Shown piece by piece: positions 29,854-39,392 of a stretch of DNA of 64,000 nt. The position numbers and the translations under genes are program-made. The notes below the pieces were generated by a model that was not told the origin of the DNA, searched no databases, and saw only the letters and a list, made by a program, of their open reading frames with translations. The stretch lies in IMG/VR virus record IMGVR_UViG_642979322_000022, one strand, 5' to 3'. Position 1 is the stretch's first letter. The number at the start of each line of letters is the position of its first letter. The stretch comes from a virus. Taxonomy: Duplodnaviria; Heunggongvirae; Uroviricota; Caudoviricetes.

Positions 29854-30675
29854 CTATCTGGTCACCTTTTTCAGTTGTTGTTCTGCCCATGCTTCTTCAA
29901 TATCAAACTGCACCACCAGCGTATCGTAAAAACGTTTAACTGTTTTTTTCCATGTATCAAGAGATATGGCATCGGTTACATTACATATGGCATTAAATGC
30001 CTCCGTTGATGGTAGTCTTTCACAGCCACGACCACCACAACGCTGGCAGTCTCTGATAACAGGCATACCACGTTTTACCGACTCTTCACGATGAATGGCG
30101 ACACCACGCCCACGGCAATCCTTACAGGCGGTGGAAACCTCACCCTTTCCGCCACACTCCGGACAGGCAACTTTTACCACCTCCCTGACTTTTTTCCATT
30201 CCTCCCAGTAAGACGGATACACGCCTTTTGTGCACTTTGCCCACACTGGCGGCTTACCATCCGGATACTGGATCTTGTTTGTAAAAACCTCGCTTTCAAT
30301 AAATTTTTTTCCGTGACAGCAGGGGCACTGTTTTTTGCTCGCCGCGCTACGGGCATAATCTTCAAACGCATACGAAGCCATAATACGCATCACTGCCGGT
30401 TTTATTTCTGCCGGGAGTTTTCTTAACGCCGCCACGCGATCACACCGACTGAGTGCATATTCTGTCAGCAATTCTGTTGCCCGCTCTCTGTCATTCATAC
30501 TAATGCCCATTTTCCCAAGGAACGCAGAAAACCCCATCTCAGCCCGATTCTGTGTCATGCCCTGCGCGGCCATCACATCAGTGATACTCAGCGCATCTTT
30601 TGACGTTGAGGCCGATGCATCGGTCAGGCCAGGGGATTTTGGGGAGTAGTATTTCGGTAAATCTTCCAGTTTCAT
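29854..30675 (-). CDS. Q: late-gene antiterminator Q-like protein
   Basis: 273 aa with several CxxC pairs (CPCCHG, CPECGG, CKDCRG, CQRCGG); position after rusA; ATG overlaps rusA stop (ATGA). Confidence 0.6.
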   Translation of the reverse strand: MKLEDLPKYYSPKSPGLTDASASTSKDALSITDVMAAQGMTQNRAEMGFSAFLGKMGISMNDRERATELLTEYALSRCDRVAALRKLPAEIKPAVMRIMASYAFEDYARSAASKKQCPCCHGKKFIESEVFTNKIQYPDGKPPVWAKCTKGVYPSYWEEWKKVREVVKVACPECGGKGEVSTACKDCRGRGVAIHREESVKRGMPVIRDCQRCGGRGCERLPSTEAFNAICNVTDAISLDTWKKTVKRFYDTLVVQFDIEEAWAEQQLKKVTR

Positions 30676-31046
30676 TTTTTGACCTGCCCTTCAAGCATTA
30701 TGGGGTAAATCTTCACCCCCAGACGTCCACCAGATACTGGCTTTCCACGTACAATATTGATTTCATCAAACTGCTCATCGTCCATTAACAACCCCGCGTG
30801 CGTCAGCGCATCCAGCGGTGCTTTCAGAATATTGTCCAGGTCACGGCGGCGCTTATCCGGTGGCTCTGCAATAATTTTTATTGCCAGCCGTCCGGACAGG
30901 CTTAATTTCAGTCGCTGCTGGCGAACAATAAGCGCCACTGCCCGGCGATAACGCTCCCCGGCTTTTGATACAAAATATGTGCTGCCACGGCGTCGCCAGT
31001 AAGTGTTCACCGTCGGCGGGTAAGGTAAAACCAAATCTATGAGCAT
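30672..31046 (-). CDS. rusA: Holliday junction resolvase RusA
   Basis: 124 aa resembling RusA (PPTVNTYWRRRG..., DKRRRDLDNILKAPLDALTHAGL). Confidence 0.85.
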   Translation of the reverse strand: MLIDLVLPYPPTVNTYWRRRGSTYFVSKAGERYRRAVALIVRQQRLKLSLSGRLAIKIIAEPPDKRRRDLDNILKAPLDALTHAGLLMDDEQFDEINIVRGKPVSGGRLGVKIYPIMLEGQVKK

Positions 31047-31058
31047 CAGTCACCTCTT

Positions 31059-32108
31059 TTACCCAAGCACGCCAGTTGCAAAGGCGTGATCAAGAAAACG
31101 AAAAATTAAATCAACCTGAGAACCATGCTTTTCTTCGAACGCCAGCGGATCCGCATGAAGCTCGTTGTGATGCTCCCGACACAGCGGTAGCGTGAAAATA
31201 TCGTGAGATTTTGTCCCCATTCCGCCCTGACCATGACCAATCAGGTGATGGGGATCGTCGGCTGGCTTACCACAACACGCACACGGCTGTGTCTTTACCC
31301 AGCGTGTGTATTTCTCATTTACCCAGCGGCGACGTTTAGGTCGTTTCATGAACGATTCAGGAGACTCCGGATCAACGGCGATACTGACAACCGTTTTTTT
31401 CTGTGGTGGATTTTGTTGCTGGTGGACGTGAAGTGGCAGCGCAATATTTTTTGTGCGCTGCTTCAGTATGCTGATGGCTGTCTGTTCTCCCGGTACGATG
31501 TCACTCTCACGGTATACGGAGCGGATTTTTTCCGCTGGTAATCCCAGCGAACGACGCGCTACTGCCTCAGGTAGTGCATCCACCACCTGATTGCAGGCCG
31601 CCCACCAGGATAATTCGGCCAGCGATAACTCCCTCTCCTGCGTACCGCTTATTGCGTGACGGATGACATCAATCATCCAGGCAACCAGATTCTGCTGAGC
31701 AAGTTGATCGAGTGATTCTGATGTCTGGTCGCGCAGCTGGTTGTCGCAGTGCCAGCACAACACCATCGCGCCGGTACCATAACGGTGAATGACTGTTTCG
31801 CTGTGATGATAATCGCCGTGTGGCCACTGGCAGGATTTCACGTGACGTAATAACCAGTCAGACAGTGCACCTGCACCACCTGCTGCACGAATAACCCGCT
31901 CATCGCTGAAAAATGGCAGTAATGTTTTATCCTCTGCCAGCGGCTGGCGAACGGCAGGAACGACTCCGGACGGCAGACCGCGCATGTTTTTCGGTTCCGG
32001 CTCCACCAATATTCTGCCGTTATGGAATACTGACATTGATTCACGGCCTGGCTTAACGATAACCAGACCGAGTTCCGGTACCAGAACAGGTCGAAGTAAT
32101 ACCCGCAC
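31059..32108 (-). CDS. DUF968-like phage protein with C-terminal HNH-like zinc-binding region
   Basis: 349 aa; C-terminal PCACCGKPADDPHHLIGHGQGG...CREHHNELH; true start probably an internal Met. Confidence 0.55.
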   Translation of the reverse strand: MRVLLRPVLVPELGLVIVKPGRESMSVFHNGRILVEPEPKNMRGLPSGVVPAVRQPLAEDKTLLPFFSDERVIRAAGGAGALSDWLLRHVKSCQWPHGDYHHSETVIHRYGTGAMVLCWHCDNQLRDQTSESLDQLAQQNLVAWMIDVIRHAISGTQERELSLAELSWWAACNQVVDALPEAVARRSLGLPAEKIRSVYRESDIVPGEQTAISILKQRTKNIALPLHVHQQQNPPQKKTVVSIAVDPESPESFMKRPKRRRWVNEKYTRWVKTQPCACCGKPADDPHHLIGHGQGGMGTKSHDIFTLPLCREHHNELHADPLAFEEKHGSQVDLIFRFLDHAFATGVLG

Positions 32109-32109
32109 G

Positions 32110-32388
32110 TTACCTCCAGATGCGCTGCTGGAATGTGCGGGACGGACGCGGTGGGCGTTCGGAATAAGGGAGCCTGGCGGAGATTATCCAGTGACGACGA
32201 TCGAAGCTGAGATCTTTCTGAAACTCGTAACCACGTCTGCGGTAGCACTGAATCAGCCATTCGGCCTGTTCTTCAGTGCATGGGTCATGCTGGAACCAGT
32301 CAGATTTGAATGCATGAGAACACCGCCCGTGCCTGCTGGCAAAGACGGCTGAATTATCAGAATTGTTAAGTTTCTTGTAATGCACCAC
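32110..32388 (-). CDS. hypothetical protein
   Basis: 92-aa track ORF; no family recognised. Confidence 0.3.
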   Translation of the reverse strand: MVHYKKLNNSDNSAVFASRHGRCSHAFKSDWFQHDPCTEEQAEWLIQCYRRRGYEFQKDLSFDRRHWIISARLPYSERPPRPSRTFQQRIWR

Positions 32389-32453
32389 TACTATCCTCGT
32401 AATGGTGCGACAGACGCCAGTTGTTCAGGCTGGCTTTACTACAGCATTATAAT

Positions 32454-32648
32454 CTAGTCTCTTTTAATGCTGAAGTAACTGACCGAATCCGCATGCGATT
32501 CTTTGCTGATCAGAATAACATCAGATGGCAATGGCATTACGATAAACTCACCATTCCCAAGAACTATTACTTCATAATTACCTGGTATAGAAAGCGCAGC
32601 AATTAATTCCTTATCGTTCATAACAAAAATCCCATGAACTATAAACAC
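32454..32648 (-). CDS. hypothetical protein in an AT-rich island
   Basis: 64-aa track ORF (54 aa from MNDKELIAAL...); locally low GC. Confidence 0.3.
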   Translation of the reverse strand: MFIVHGIFVMNDKELIAALSIPGNYEVIVLGNGEFIVMPLPSDVILISKESHADSVSYFSIKRD

Positions 32649-32899
32649 CTCCCCTTATGGGGGCCATCCCTCTTATCCCTGCGCGCTACTTAAGAGCCTC
32701 GATTCTAGCCGTGAAGACATGCCAATCAACAGCAATAAACCACCTGAATAACAGAATCAGCCAGCCACATCGGTACAACCAGATGCATCACGCTCACCGA
32801 AAATAAACAACAAAAAACCGCCGAAGCGAGTTAAGTGGGGTGCGTTGAGGATGCCTGACACATCAGAGGTGGCGAGGGATTTCTCCCCCGCCAGGTCTC

Positions 32900-33055
32900 T
32901 TACTCCTCAGGTTCGTAAGCTGTGAAGACAGCGACCTCCGTCTGGCCGGTTCGGATTCGTACCTCGCAGAGGTCTTTCCTCGTTACCAGTGCCGTCACTA
33001 TGACGGTTAAACAGATGACGATCAGGGCGATTAGCATCGCCTTTTGCTGCTTCAT
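32900..33055 (-). CDS. hok: Hok/Gef family type I toxin
   Basis: 51 aa MKQQKAMLIALIVICLTVIVTALVTRKDLCEVRIRTGQTEVAVFTAYEPEE; the track's 70-aa overlapping frame is Mok-like; the antisense Sok region would lie ~33060-33250 on the plus strand (not resolved). Confidence 0.85.
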   Translation of the reverse strand: MKQQKAMLIALIVICLTVIVTALVTRKDLCEVRIRTGQTEVAVFTAYEPEE

Positions 33056-33305
33056 AGCCTGCTTCTCCTTGCCTTTCGGCACGTAAGAGGCTAACCTACG
33101 TGTGTAGAGCATAGATATGGCCTCAGATTAATGTTAAGCGTCTTGCCGGACGCGTAATGTTAACTGGGGCTTTTCTCTATCTGCCGTTGGTGTTCATGCC
33201 CGAGGCAGATAGCCTCAAGCACCCGCAGCAATTCTACTTAACTCTCGCTTTACCGCAAACCGTTTTTACCCGATATGGGAATTCCCATATCGTAATGAAT
33301 TCAGT

Positions 33306-33404
33306 TCCCTAGTCGATCCATCAAAAACACAACCAGGCAGTAAACGCCCACAACAGCAATAACAGCCAGCGCACCTTCCATTGCCAGTGAAATATCATCC
33401 GACA
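33306..33404 (-). CDS. 32-aa hydrophobic small ORF (not in ORF track)
   Basis: Hand translation MSDDISLAMEGALAVIAVVGVYCLVVFLMDRL; AAGGAGGG 5 nt upstream of the ATG. Confidence 0.3.
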
Positions 33405-33436
33405 TATTCCCTCCTTTGGTGTGAATCCCGGCGAAC

Positions 33437-33520
33437 GTTTTTACCCCCACCGACAAATAACATATACTAAAAAATCAATAGCTATAGCAACGCCTGTAAT
33501 TGCAAAGGCTTCAGGCCAGA
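33437..33520 (-). CDS. 27-aa hydrophobic small ORF (not in ORF track)
   Basis: Hand translation MIWPEAFAITGVAIAIDFLVYVICRWG; ATG overlaps the stop of the upstream DUF551 gene (ATGA). Confidence 0.3.
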
Positions 33521-33883
33521 TCATTGGCGCACCTCCTGCGGCGGTTCTGGTAGCGGCATCCAGTGTGACGGTTTCCACGACGCACCAGGAATTATCCACC
33601 CATCATTAGCGTCAGGATGCCCCGGGATGTAAGTAGCCCATTTCATTCGCCAGTCACCTTTCCTGTCAAACTCCACGGCAACAAGAACGGCTGTTTTGGT
33701 ATTCGGCATTCGCTCACTACAGCTTATCCAACCATCCGGAGTTACCGGAGAATTGCCAGCCTTGCGCATGGCAATCTCCATGATTTCAACCATATCTCCT
33801 GGTGGAATTTTACAATGCTGACCAATATGCCTCTGCTGCCTGGCATATTCGAGGATGTGCTCCAGCTTGATACGATTAATCAT
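33521..33883 (-). CDS. DUF551-like phage protein
   Basis: 120 aa with C-terminal ...WISCSERMP...HWMPLPEPP typical of DUF551. Confidence 0.55.
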   Translation of the reverse strand: MINRIKLEHILEYARQQRHIGQHCKIPPGDMVEIMEIAMRKAGNSPVTPDGWISCSERMPNTKTAVLVAVEFDRKGDWRMKWATYIPGHPDANDGWIIPGASWKPSHWMPLPEPPQEVRQ

Positions 33884-34251
33884 GATTTATCTCCCTGAAG
33901 CATGGCTTCGCGGCAGTCGTTCCAGCCTTCAGCATAATCACTATACGCAAGAGGCCAACCGTTTCTGTATTCACGCGGCAACTTATCAGGCACTACCAGC
34001 GCTGGCGGCGCGGAGAATAGTGGTTTAGGTGATATTTCCGCACGTTTTGCGTATGCTTCAACTGTGTCAGGGTTAAACAGGATTATGTTTTCACCGCATT
34101 CCCACGCTATCGGTTCTGCTTCCAGCGATGCCAGTGCAATTTTGAATAACTCGCCCTCTACCCGTGCCATCCCTGAATTGGGGTAGCATTTCGCAATCGC
34201 TATTTTTAATTTGGCTTCTTCGATTAATTTCTCTTTGGTTAATTCAGTCAC
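33880..34251 (-). CDS. hypothetical phage early protein
   Basis: 123-aa track ORF; coupled to the downstream gene. Confidence 0.4.
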   Translation of the reverse strand: MTELTKEKLIEEAKLKIAIAKCYPNSGMARVEGELFKIALASLEAEPIAWECGENIILFNPDTVEAYAKRAEISPKPLFSAPPALVVPDKLPREYRNGWPLAYSDYAEGWNDCREAMLQGDKS

Positions 34252-34286
34252 TTTTCATTACCGCCCTTTCGGGCGGCCTCCTGACA

Positions 34287-34499
34287 TTAATCGTTGTGAT
34301 AACTCATAGCTTCATTTGCAGCATCAACTGGATCAACATCCCACCAGCAATAATTTGGGTCGACACCTTCAGGTGTCCACGGCTCTAATTCATTTTTTGC
34401 CGCATTCTCGTCGCCAGTAATTTTAAAAATCTGCTCTGAGAACTTTTTCACCCACTCGTTATATTTTTCAGCGTTAATAACTTTCTGTGCGTTTGACAT
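34287..34499 (-). CDS. hypothetical phage early protein
   Basis: 70-aa track ORF. Confidence 0.35.
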   Translation of the reverse strand: MSNAQKVINAEKYNEWVKKFSEQIFKITGDENAAKNELEPWTPEGVDPNYCWWDVDPVDAANEAMSYHND

Positions 34500-34547
34500 T
34501 GATATACCTCCGGTTAAGGATTAAATTTTTAACAGAGCTAAATTTAA

Positions 34548-34964
34548 TTATTCAGTTCTGGATTTTGTCACCCTGCGTATCCGCGCTTTCACGTTACGCT
34601 CAATCTGAATTAGCTTTTCTATATTTCTCCGCCTTTCCCGTTCCTCCTGGCGCAAGATCCTTACATCATCTGCCAGTCTGGTTTCTCTTTTCGCCACAGA
34701 GAGCATCCAGTCAAATGGCTCCACAACTGCACCGCAGATTTTACAGCGGACCTGACGCTCTTTTTCGTCAACCCGAACAGAGGCGTGATGACAATATGCT
34801 CTTTCCGATGGCTCATAAAGAAAATTAACCTGATTACGTGGGTCATCCTCTTTTACCGGAAATAAAACGATATTGCTTAACTCATCTTCTGGTTTTATTT
34901 CCATGCTCTTCTCCTTTGATGTGAATGCCAGCGACAATTGAAGCCTGATAGCTAATTCACTCAC
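34548..34964 (-). CDS. hypothetical protein with zinc-ribbon-like CxxC...CxxC and basic coiled-coil tail
   Basis: 138-aa track ORF (CHHASV...CKICGAV). Confidence 0.4.
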   Translation of the reverse strand: MSELAIRLQLSLAFTSKEKSMEIKPEDELSNIVLFPVKEDDPRNQVNFLYEPSERAYCHHASVRVDEKERQVRCKICGAVVEPFDWMLSVAKRETRLADDVRILRQEERERRRNIEKLIQIERNVKARIRRVTKSRTE

Positions 34965-35371
34965 AATACCGCCTCCTGAAAATTGCCCTGATAGAACGCC
35001 AGTACACGCAGCATAACTTCACTCTTCCGGCACTCGCCACAGATTATGTTCTGTTGTCTGTCGTAGCGGCGTATTTCTCCGTCTGGTAACTTTCGAATCA
35101 ATGTCTGGTCGGTTGTTTTCTCCGCTGCCTTACGCCATACGCGATACACCTGTTCTGATGTAAAAACACCGTATTTACCGGGCATGTATAAATCGCCGCA
35201 AGCCAGTACATCCACAAGGCAACGTCTGACTGAATGCCAGCCTGCTCCCGTCGCTCTCTCCAGTTGTGATATCGTCATGCGTTCATTTTTGCGTACCAGC
35301 CCGATAATTCGGGCCTTCAGTTCTTCACGCTGTTCGTGTGTAAAAGGTTTCGCCATAAGCGCCTCCGGCAA
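34961..35371 (-). CDS. hypothetical phage early protein
   Basis: 136-aa track ORF; overlaps neighbours by 4 nt. Confidence 0.4.
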   Translation of the reverse strand: MPEALMAKPFTHEQREELKARIIGLVRKNERMTISQLERATGAGWHSVRRCLVDVLACGDLYMPGKYGVFTSEQVYRVWRKAAEKTTDQTLIRKLPDGEIRRYDRQQNIICGECRKSEVMLRVLAFYQGNFQEAVL

Positions 35372-36142
35372 TCACTTTTCCGACACAATACGACCGGATG
35401 AATCGACAATCTGCCGAACAATATCCCGGTGCTTGTTCAGCTCCCGCAGCGCGGCGCAGACACGCTCCCACTTCTGAACCTGACCTTTTGCCCGGCGCAG
35501 CTCGCGGTTAGCCACATGCAGCGATGGTAAAATCAGACCATCCGGATGTTTTCTGGTGAACAACGGCTGTGACTGCACTGTGACCGCCACAGTTTCTGTT
35601 TTATTTTCTTCCTGTGTTGCGGCTTCCCGGACTGGTAACGCAGCACCTGCTGGCTGAGGAAAGGCCTTACCATCACTTTCCGTTACCAGCGCGGCTTTCG
35701 GCTCTGCTGGTAAATTATCGCCCGGCATGCAGTAACGAAATTTACCGTTCTGATTAACGCGTGCCAGCCGCCCCGTTGCGGTTACCACCGCCAGCGTGGA
35801 AGCAACCTTGCGAGTACTGACGCCGAACTTACCCGCCAGTTCCTCACACGTTTTAGCCCCATCCTGACCGATAAACTCAATCATCATGTCTGCGGTAACT
35901 TTTTGTTCGACCTCCCTGGTCAGCATATCCTGTGCTTCAGATTTTACTGGCCGCTCTTCGGTTACCCCGGATTCACCTTCGCCAGCCAGAAACCAGGTGT
36001 GACCCGTTTTATCAACAACGCTATTTTTTTTGAGTTCCCACAGTTCGTTGAGAACTTCTTCACGGCTGATATCAAGCCGCGCCGCCAGTTCAACAGAATT
36101 GGCTTTACCCATCGCTTTCAGTGCATGCAATACGGTTTCCAT
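35372..36142 (-). CDS. hypothetical phage protein (DUF1627-like)
   Basis: 256 aa with N-terminal winged-helix-like region; family call from memory. Confidence 0.45.
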   Translation of the reverse strand: METVLHALKAMGKANSVELAARLDISREEVLNELWELKKNSVVDKTGHTWFLAGEGESGVTEERPVKSEAQDMLTREVEQKVTADMMIEFIGQDGAKTCEELAGKFGVSTRKVASTLAVVTATGRLARVNQNGKFRYCMPGDNLPAEPKAALVTESDGKAFPQPAGAALPVREAATQEENKTETVAVTVQSQPLFTRKHPDGLILPSLHVANRELRRAKGQVQKWERVCAALRELNKHRDIVRQIVDSSGRIVSEK

Positions 36143-36171
36143 TAAAATTTCCTCCGGATAAAAATTACTTC

Positions 36172-36912
36172 TCAGTTCCTGTGCTGGCTGACGTTCGGAC
36201 GCCAGCTCTCCCAGTTAAACGTCACCCAGCGACCTCCGTTCATGGACATGCGGTCCATCACCCGCTCGCCGAGAAGTGTATTCATCGCTGCATGATTAAG
36301 ATTTGTCAGCATCCCCACACTGAGTAACGATGCCGTTCTGCGGTCAACAATCTGATTAAGCGTGACCTGCTCATTACGCGTATCCCGCTGCATGCCAATT
36401 TCATCCAGGACCAGCAAATCCACCCCGCAAAGCTCCTGTAAAAATTTTTCACCTGATTTGCCGTTGTCGTAACTGTCGTGCAACACACTCATGACATCAG
36501 ACACAGTGATGATAATTACGCTGCGCCCCTTCTCCATCAGCCGATTGCCTATCGCCGCCGCCAGGTGGTTTTTTCCTGTGCCAGGCCGGCCACTGAACAC
36601 AAAATTCGTACAGCCGCCTTCCAGCTCTGCCGCAATGGATTTCGCCTGACTCAGGGCATGGCGCTGACCAGCGTTCTGCACCCGGTAGTTACAGAACGTA
36701 CACTTCCGGTGAAGCGGCTGGATACCGGAGCGGTTAATGATTTTTTCAACCCGCGTCTGATGATTCAGACGATTAACCTCCTCGCTTCGCTTACGCCCTT
36801 CAGCAAGCTGCCATTCCCGCCACTCCGCCACCGTACGGTACGGAGGGATTGCATCCTGCGGCACAAATCTGCTGATTCTTGCCAGAACACCACCTGACGT
36901 AATGTTTTTCAT
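36172..36912 (-). CDS. replication protein, DnaC/IstB-like AAA+ helicase loader
   Basis: 246 aa with Walker A GRPGTGKNHLA and Walker B LLVLDEIG. Confidence 0.8.
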   Translation of the reverse strand: MKNITSGGVLARISRFVPQDAIPPYRTVAEWREWQLAEGRKRSEEVNRLNHQTRVEKIINRSGIQPLHRKCTFCNYRVQNAGQRHALSQAKSIAAELEGGCTNFVFSGRPGTGKNHLAAAIGNRLMEKGRSVIIITVSDVMSVLHDSYDNGKSGEKFLQELCGVDLLVLDEIGMQRDTRNEQVTLNQIVDRRTASLLSVGMLTNLNHAAMNTLLGERVMDRMSMNGGRWVTFNWESWRPNVSQHRN

Positions 36913-36918
36913 GATGCG

Positions 36919-37887
36919 CTACCCCCTGAACCCCGGCGGAATTTCGGTATCCGGTTCAGAAATATGATTCACGCAACGCTGCGCGGGCGAACGCCCCAGG
37001 CGAATAACCAGCTCATCCCATTTTTCCCGGAGTTTTGCCGGACTCATGATGTTTTTTACCCAGAACGAATCCCGTTGAACACGCCCAAACATTTCACAAA
37101 TCTGTCGGTGACTACGTCCATCCAGCATACGCATCATGCGCACATCATTCGCCCAGGTCGTCCAGTTAGGCTCTCTGGGGCGTGATACCTCCCCATCATC
37201 ACTGGCGGCCTGTTCATACAACGCAACAACCCGTCCCCAGATCCACTGTGCACACGTCAAATCCTCCCGGGTTCCCCACTGTCGCTTCGGTACATTCCAG
37301 GTATGCGCATCCGGGTGTTTCTCCAGAAATCGCTCAACTGGTGATGATTGTTTTTCGTCCGGCAGTGAAACGTCCGGACAAGAAGATCTTTTATCTGACG
37401 GATCAGGTTTTAATACTGACGGATCGGGGTCAATCATCGCCCCCCTAATCCGCAGTTTTTTATCAACAGTTGATCCATCAACATTTGACGGGCCAACCGT
37501 TGAGGGGGCAATATTTGACGGGTCATTTTTTGCCTGGCTAATTTTTCTTTTTGGTTTATATGCCTCACGCGCCGCCGCTGCAGCTGCTTCAAGTTTTTCC
37601 ACATTAAGCCGATAGATATTGCTTACGTTACGCCCACCGACCTTACGCTCTTCCTTCGTCAGCCAGCCCTCTTTCGCCAGTTCTGCAATAGCCGATTTCA
37701 CTGTGGATTCACTTCTTGCACCGATCTGACGCCGGATAGTTTCAATGGCAGGCCATGACACGCCCTCGTCATTGCTGTAGTCTGCAAGACGGGCCATAAC
37801 CGCCACCCTGGATAAGATCATGCCGGTGAAGGCGCACCCTTCCCAGACAAGACCATGAAGCTTGCTGCTCATAAAACCCCCGAACAC
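36919..37887 (-). CDS. replication initiation protein (O-like, N-terminal HTH)
   Basis: 322 aa immediately upstream of the DnaC-like gene; N-terminal winged-helix-like region. Confidence 0.55.
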   Translation of the reverse strand: MFGGFMSSKLHGLVWEGCAFTGMILSRVAVMARLADYSNDEGVSWPAIETIRRQIGARSESTVKSAIAELAKEGWLTKEERKVGGRNVSNIYRLNVEKLEAAAAAAREAYKPKRKISQAKNDPSNIAPSTVGPSNVDGSTVDKKLRIRGAMIDPDPSVLKPDPSDKRSSCPDVSLPDEKQSSPVERFLEKHPDAHTWNVPKRQWGTREDLTCAQWIWGRVVALYEQAASDDGEVSRPREPNWTTWANDVRMMRMLDGRSHRQICEMFGRVQRDSFWVKNIMSPAKLREKWDELVIRLGRSPAQRCVNHISEPDTEIPPGFRG

Positions 37888-37894
37888 CGTGCTT

Positions 37895-38320
37895 TTAGTG
37901 CATCACCACAGCATTCCCTGCCGGGCCGCCGCGATTCATCTGGTCATACAAAACAACCGCTGACGCAACAAAATCATCGACATCCTTCACCAGCCGATCC
38001 CTCCGTTCGACGATCTCACGGTAATATTCAGAACTGTGGCTGCGCATACGGGCCACCAGCAAAGGCGGCATCGCCTTTTCGATCGCCGGTAACAGAGCCT
38101 GCATTTTTTCAACAGCATCAGGGGTGTCTTTCTCTACCCAGCGGAAAATTTTCTGGGTATTGCGAGCCAGGGCTTCCGGATGGCTGTCGTCATACAGTTC
38201 TGGGAACGTCATACCCAACTCAAAATAAGCCTGGGTTATTCCAGCTGCTGGAACTTTTTCGCCATCAGGACGCGCCCAGGCATTCATCGCCATGCGGATG
38301 TGTTCATGCTTGATTTTCAT
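37895..38320 (-). CDS. YdaT-like regulatory protein (CII analogue position)
   Basis: 141 aa directly downstream of the cro-like gene, as ydaT in Rac-type prophages. Confidence 0.5.
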   Translation of the reverse strand: MKIKHEHIRMAMNAWARPDGEKVPAAGITQAYFELGMTFPELYDDSHPEALARNTQKIFRWVEKDTPDAVEKMQALLPAIEKAMPPLLVARMRSHSSEYYREIVERRDRLVKDVDDFVASAVVLYDQMNRGGPAGNAVVMH

Positions 38321-38579
38321 GAATCAACTCCGGTGTATTTTGTGTGTTAGCCTTATCTCCAGCAGGCAACCCGTCGGTTGGATTCGGATATAAATCTGGT
38401 CGCAATTCATGAGGAGTCACCCCAGTTGCAATATAAATTTGACGAACCCGCTCCCCTGTCGGCACTCGACCATTGTATTCATTTGCCCATTTGTGTATTT
38501 GAGACGGCCAAGCCCCTATTGCACGCCCTAGCGGACGAATACCACCAGCAATCTTTATTGCCTTGTCCAATGCTGTCAT
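38304..38579 (-). CDS. Cro-like repressor (DicC/YdaS family)
   Basis: 91 aa; divergent from the repressor gene across an operator-containing gap. Confidence 0.65.
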   Translation of the reverse strand: MTALDKAIKIAGGIRPLGRAIGAWPSQIHKWANEYNGRVPTGERVRQIYIATGVTPHELRPDLYPNPTDGLPAGDKANTQNTPELIHENQA

Positions 38580-38608
38580 ACAACCTCCAATTCAATCAGC
38601 CACAACAT

Positions 38609-38666
38609 TGTTCACTTAAAGAGAACATAAGTCAACACTACGAGGAATTGTTAGTGTTCACTGAAC
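38609..38666. promoter_or_regulatory. operator/promoter region between divergent repressor and cro-like genes
   Basis: Dyad TGTTCACTTAAAGAGAACA (38609-38627) and GTTCACTGAAC (38656-38666) sharing half-site TGTTCAC. Confidence 0.5.
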
Positions 38667-38681
38667 GGTTATAATTGCTAA

Positions 38682-39071
38682 ATGGACATGAGAAAAAAGC
38701 AATACGACACCCCGCTGGCAGAAAGGTTAGATACGATCTCGCAACAGCATCATTTAAGCGGTTCAGATTTAGCGCGCATCGCTGGTGTAGGACGCTCATC
38801 AGTCAACGCCTGGAAAAAAAGAGGGACAATCAGTAAAGATTCCGCAGCCAAAATTGCAGAAGCGACAAATGTTTCCCTTTCCTGGCTACTGACAGGAAAA
38901 GAAGATACAAACAGAGAGGCGCTTGATGATGATGAGAAAGCCCTGCTTGATGTTTACAGAAACCTGCCACCTGTAGAGCGTAGAAATATGCTGGCAGCTT
39001 TTCAAATGCGCCTTCAAAAACTGACCGAATTTTACTCAGAATACGTTGACCCAATAACGCGACAAAAATAA
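38682..39071 (+). CDS. prophage repressor (DicA/CI-like, XRE-family HTH)
   Basis: 129 aa with HTH LSGSDLARIAGVGRSSVNAWKKRG. Confidence 0.75.
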   Translation: MDMRKKQYDTPLAERLDTISQQHHLSGSDLARIAGVGRSSVNAWKKRGTISKDSAAKIAEATNVSLSWLLTGKEDTNREALDDDEKALLDVYRNLPPVERRNMLAAFQMRLQKLTEFYSEYVDPITRQK

Positions 39072-39144
39072 TTCTTTATTTTACAAAACAATACCGCCGG
39101 AAGGCGGTTTTTTTTGCCTCTTGCGCATTCACAATGTTGACATA

Positions 39145-39163
39145 TGTTCATCTTAAGAGAACA
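39145..39163. promoter_or_regulatory. third operator-like dyad upstream of the dicB-type operon
   Basis: TGTTCATCTTAAGAGAACA, same pattern as the 38609 site. Confidence 0.4.
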
Positions 39164-39239
39164 ATATATCCCATCAAAGCACAACGGTGCGACAGGTCTT
39201 AGTTCCGCCCCCCCGGCGTTAAGGGCAAATGAGGTCAAC

Positions 39240-39392
39240 ATGGATACGCTCAATCTTGGCAACAACGAATCTCTGGTATACGGAGTATTCCCCAACCTGG
39301 ACGGCACGTTTACCGCGATGACGTATACCAGAAGCAAAACGTTTAAAACTGAAGCTGGCGCGCGTCGCTGGTTAGCCAGAAACACTGACTGA
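39240..39392 (+). CDS. ydfA: YdfA-like small protein
   Basis: About 50 aa from ATG MDTLNLGNNESLVYGVFPNLDGTFTAMTYTRSKTFKTEAGARRWLARNTD; track ORF has an N-terminal extension. Confidence 0.6.
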   Translation: MDTLNLGNNESLVYGVFPNLDGTFTAMTYTRSKTFKTEAGARRWLARNTD

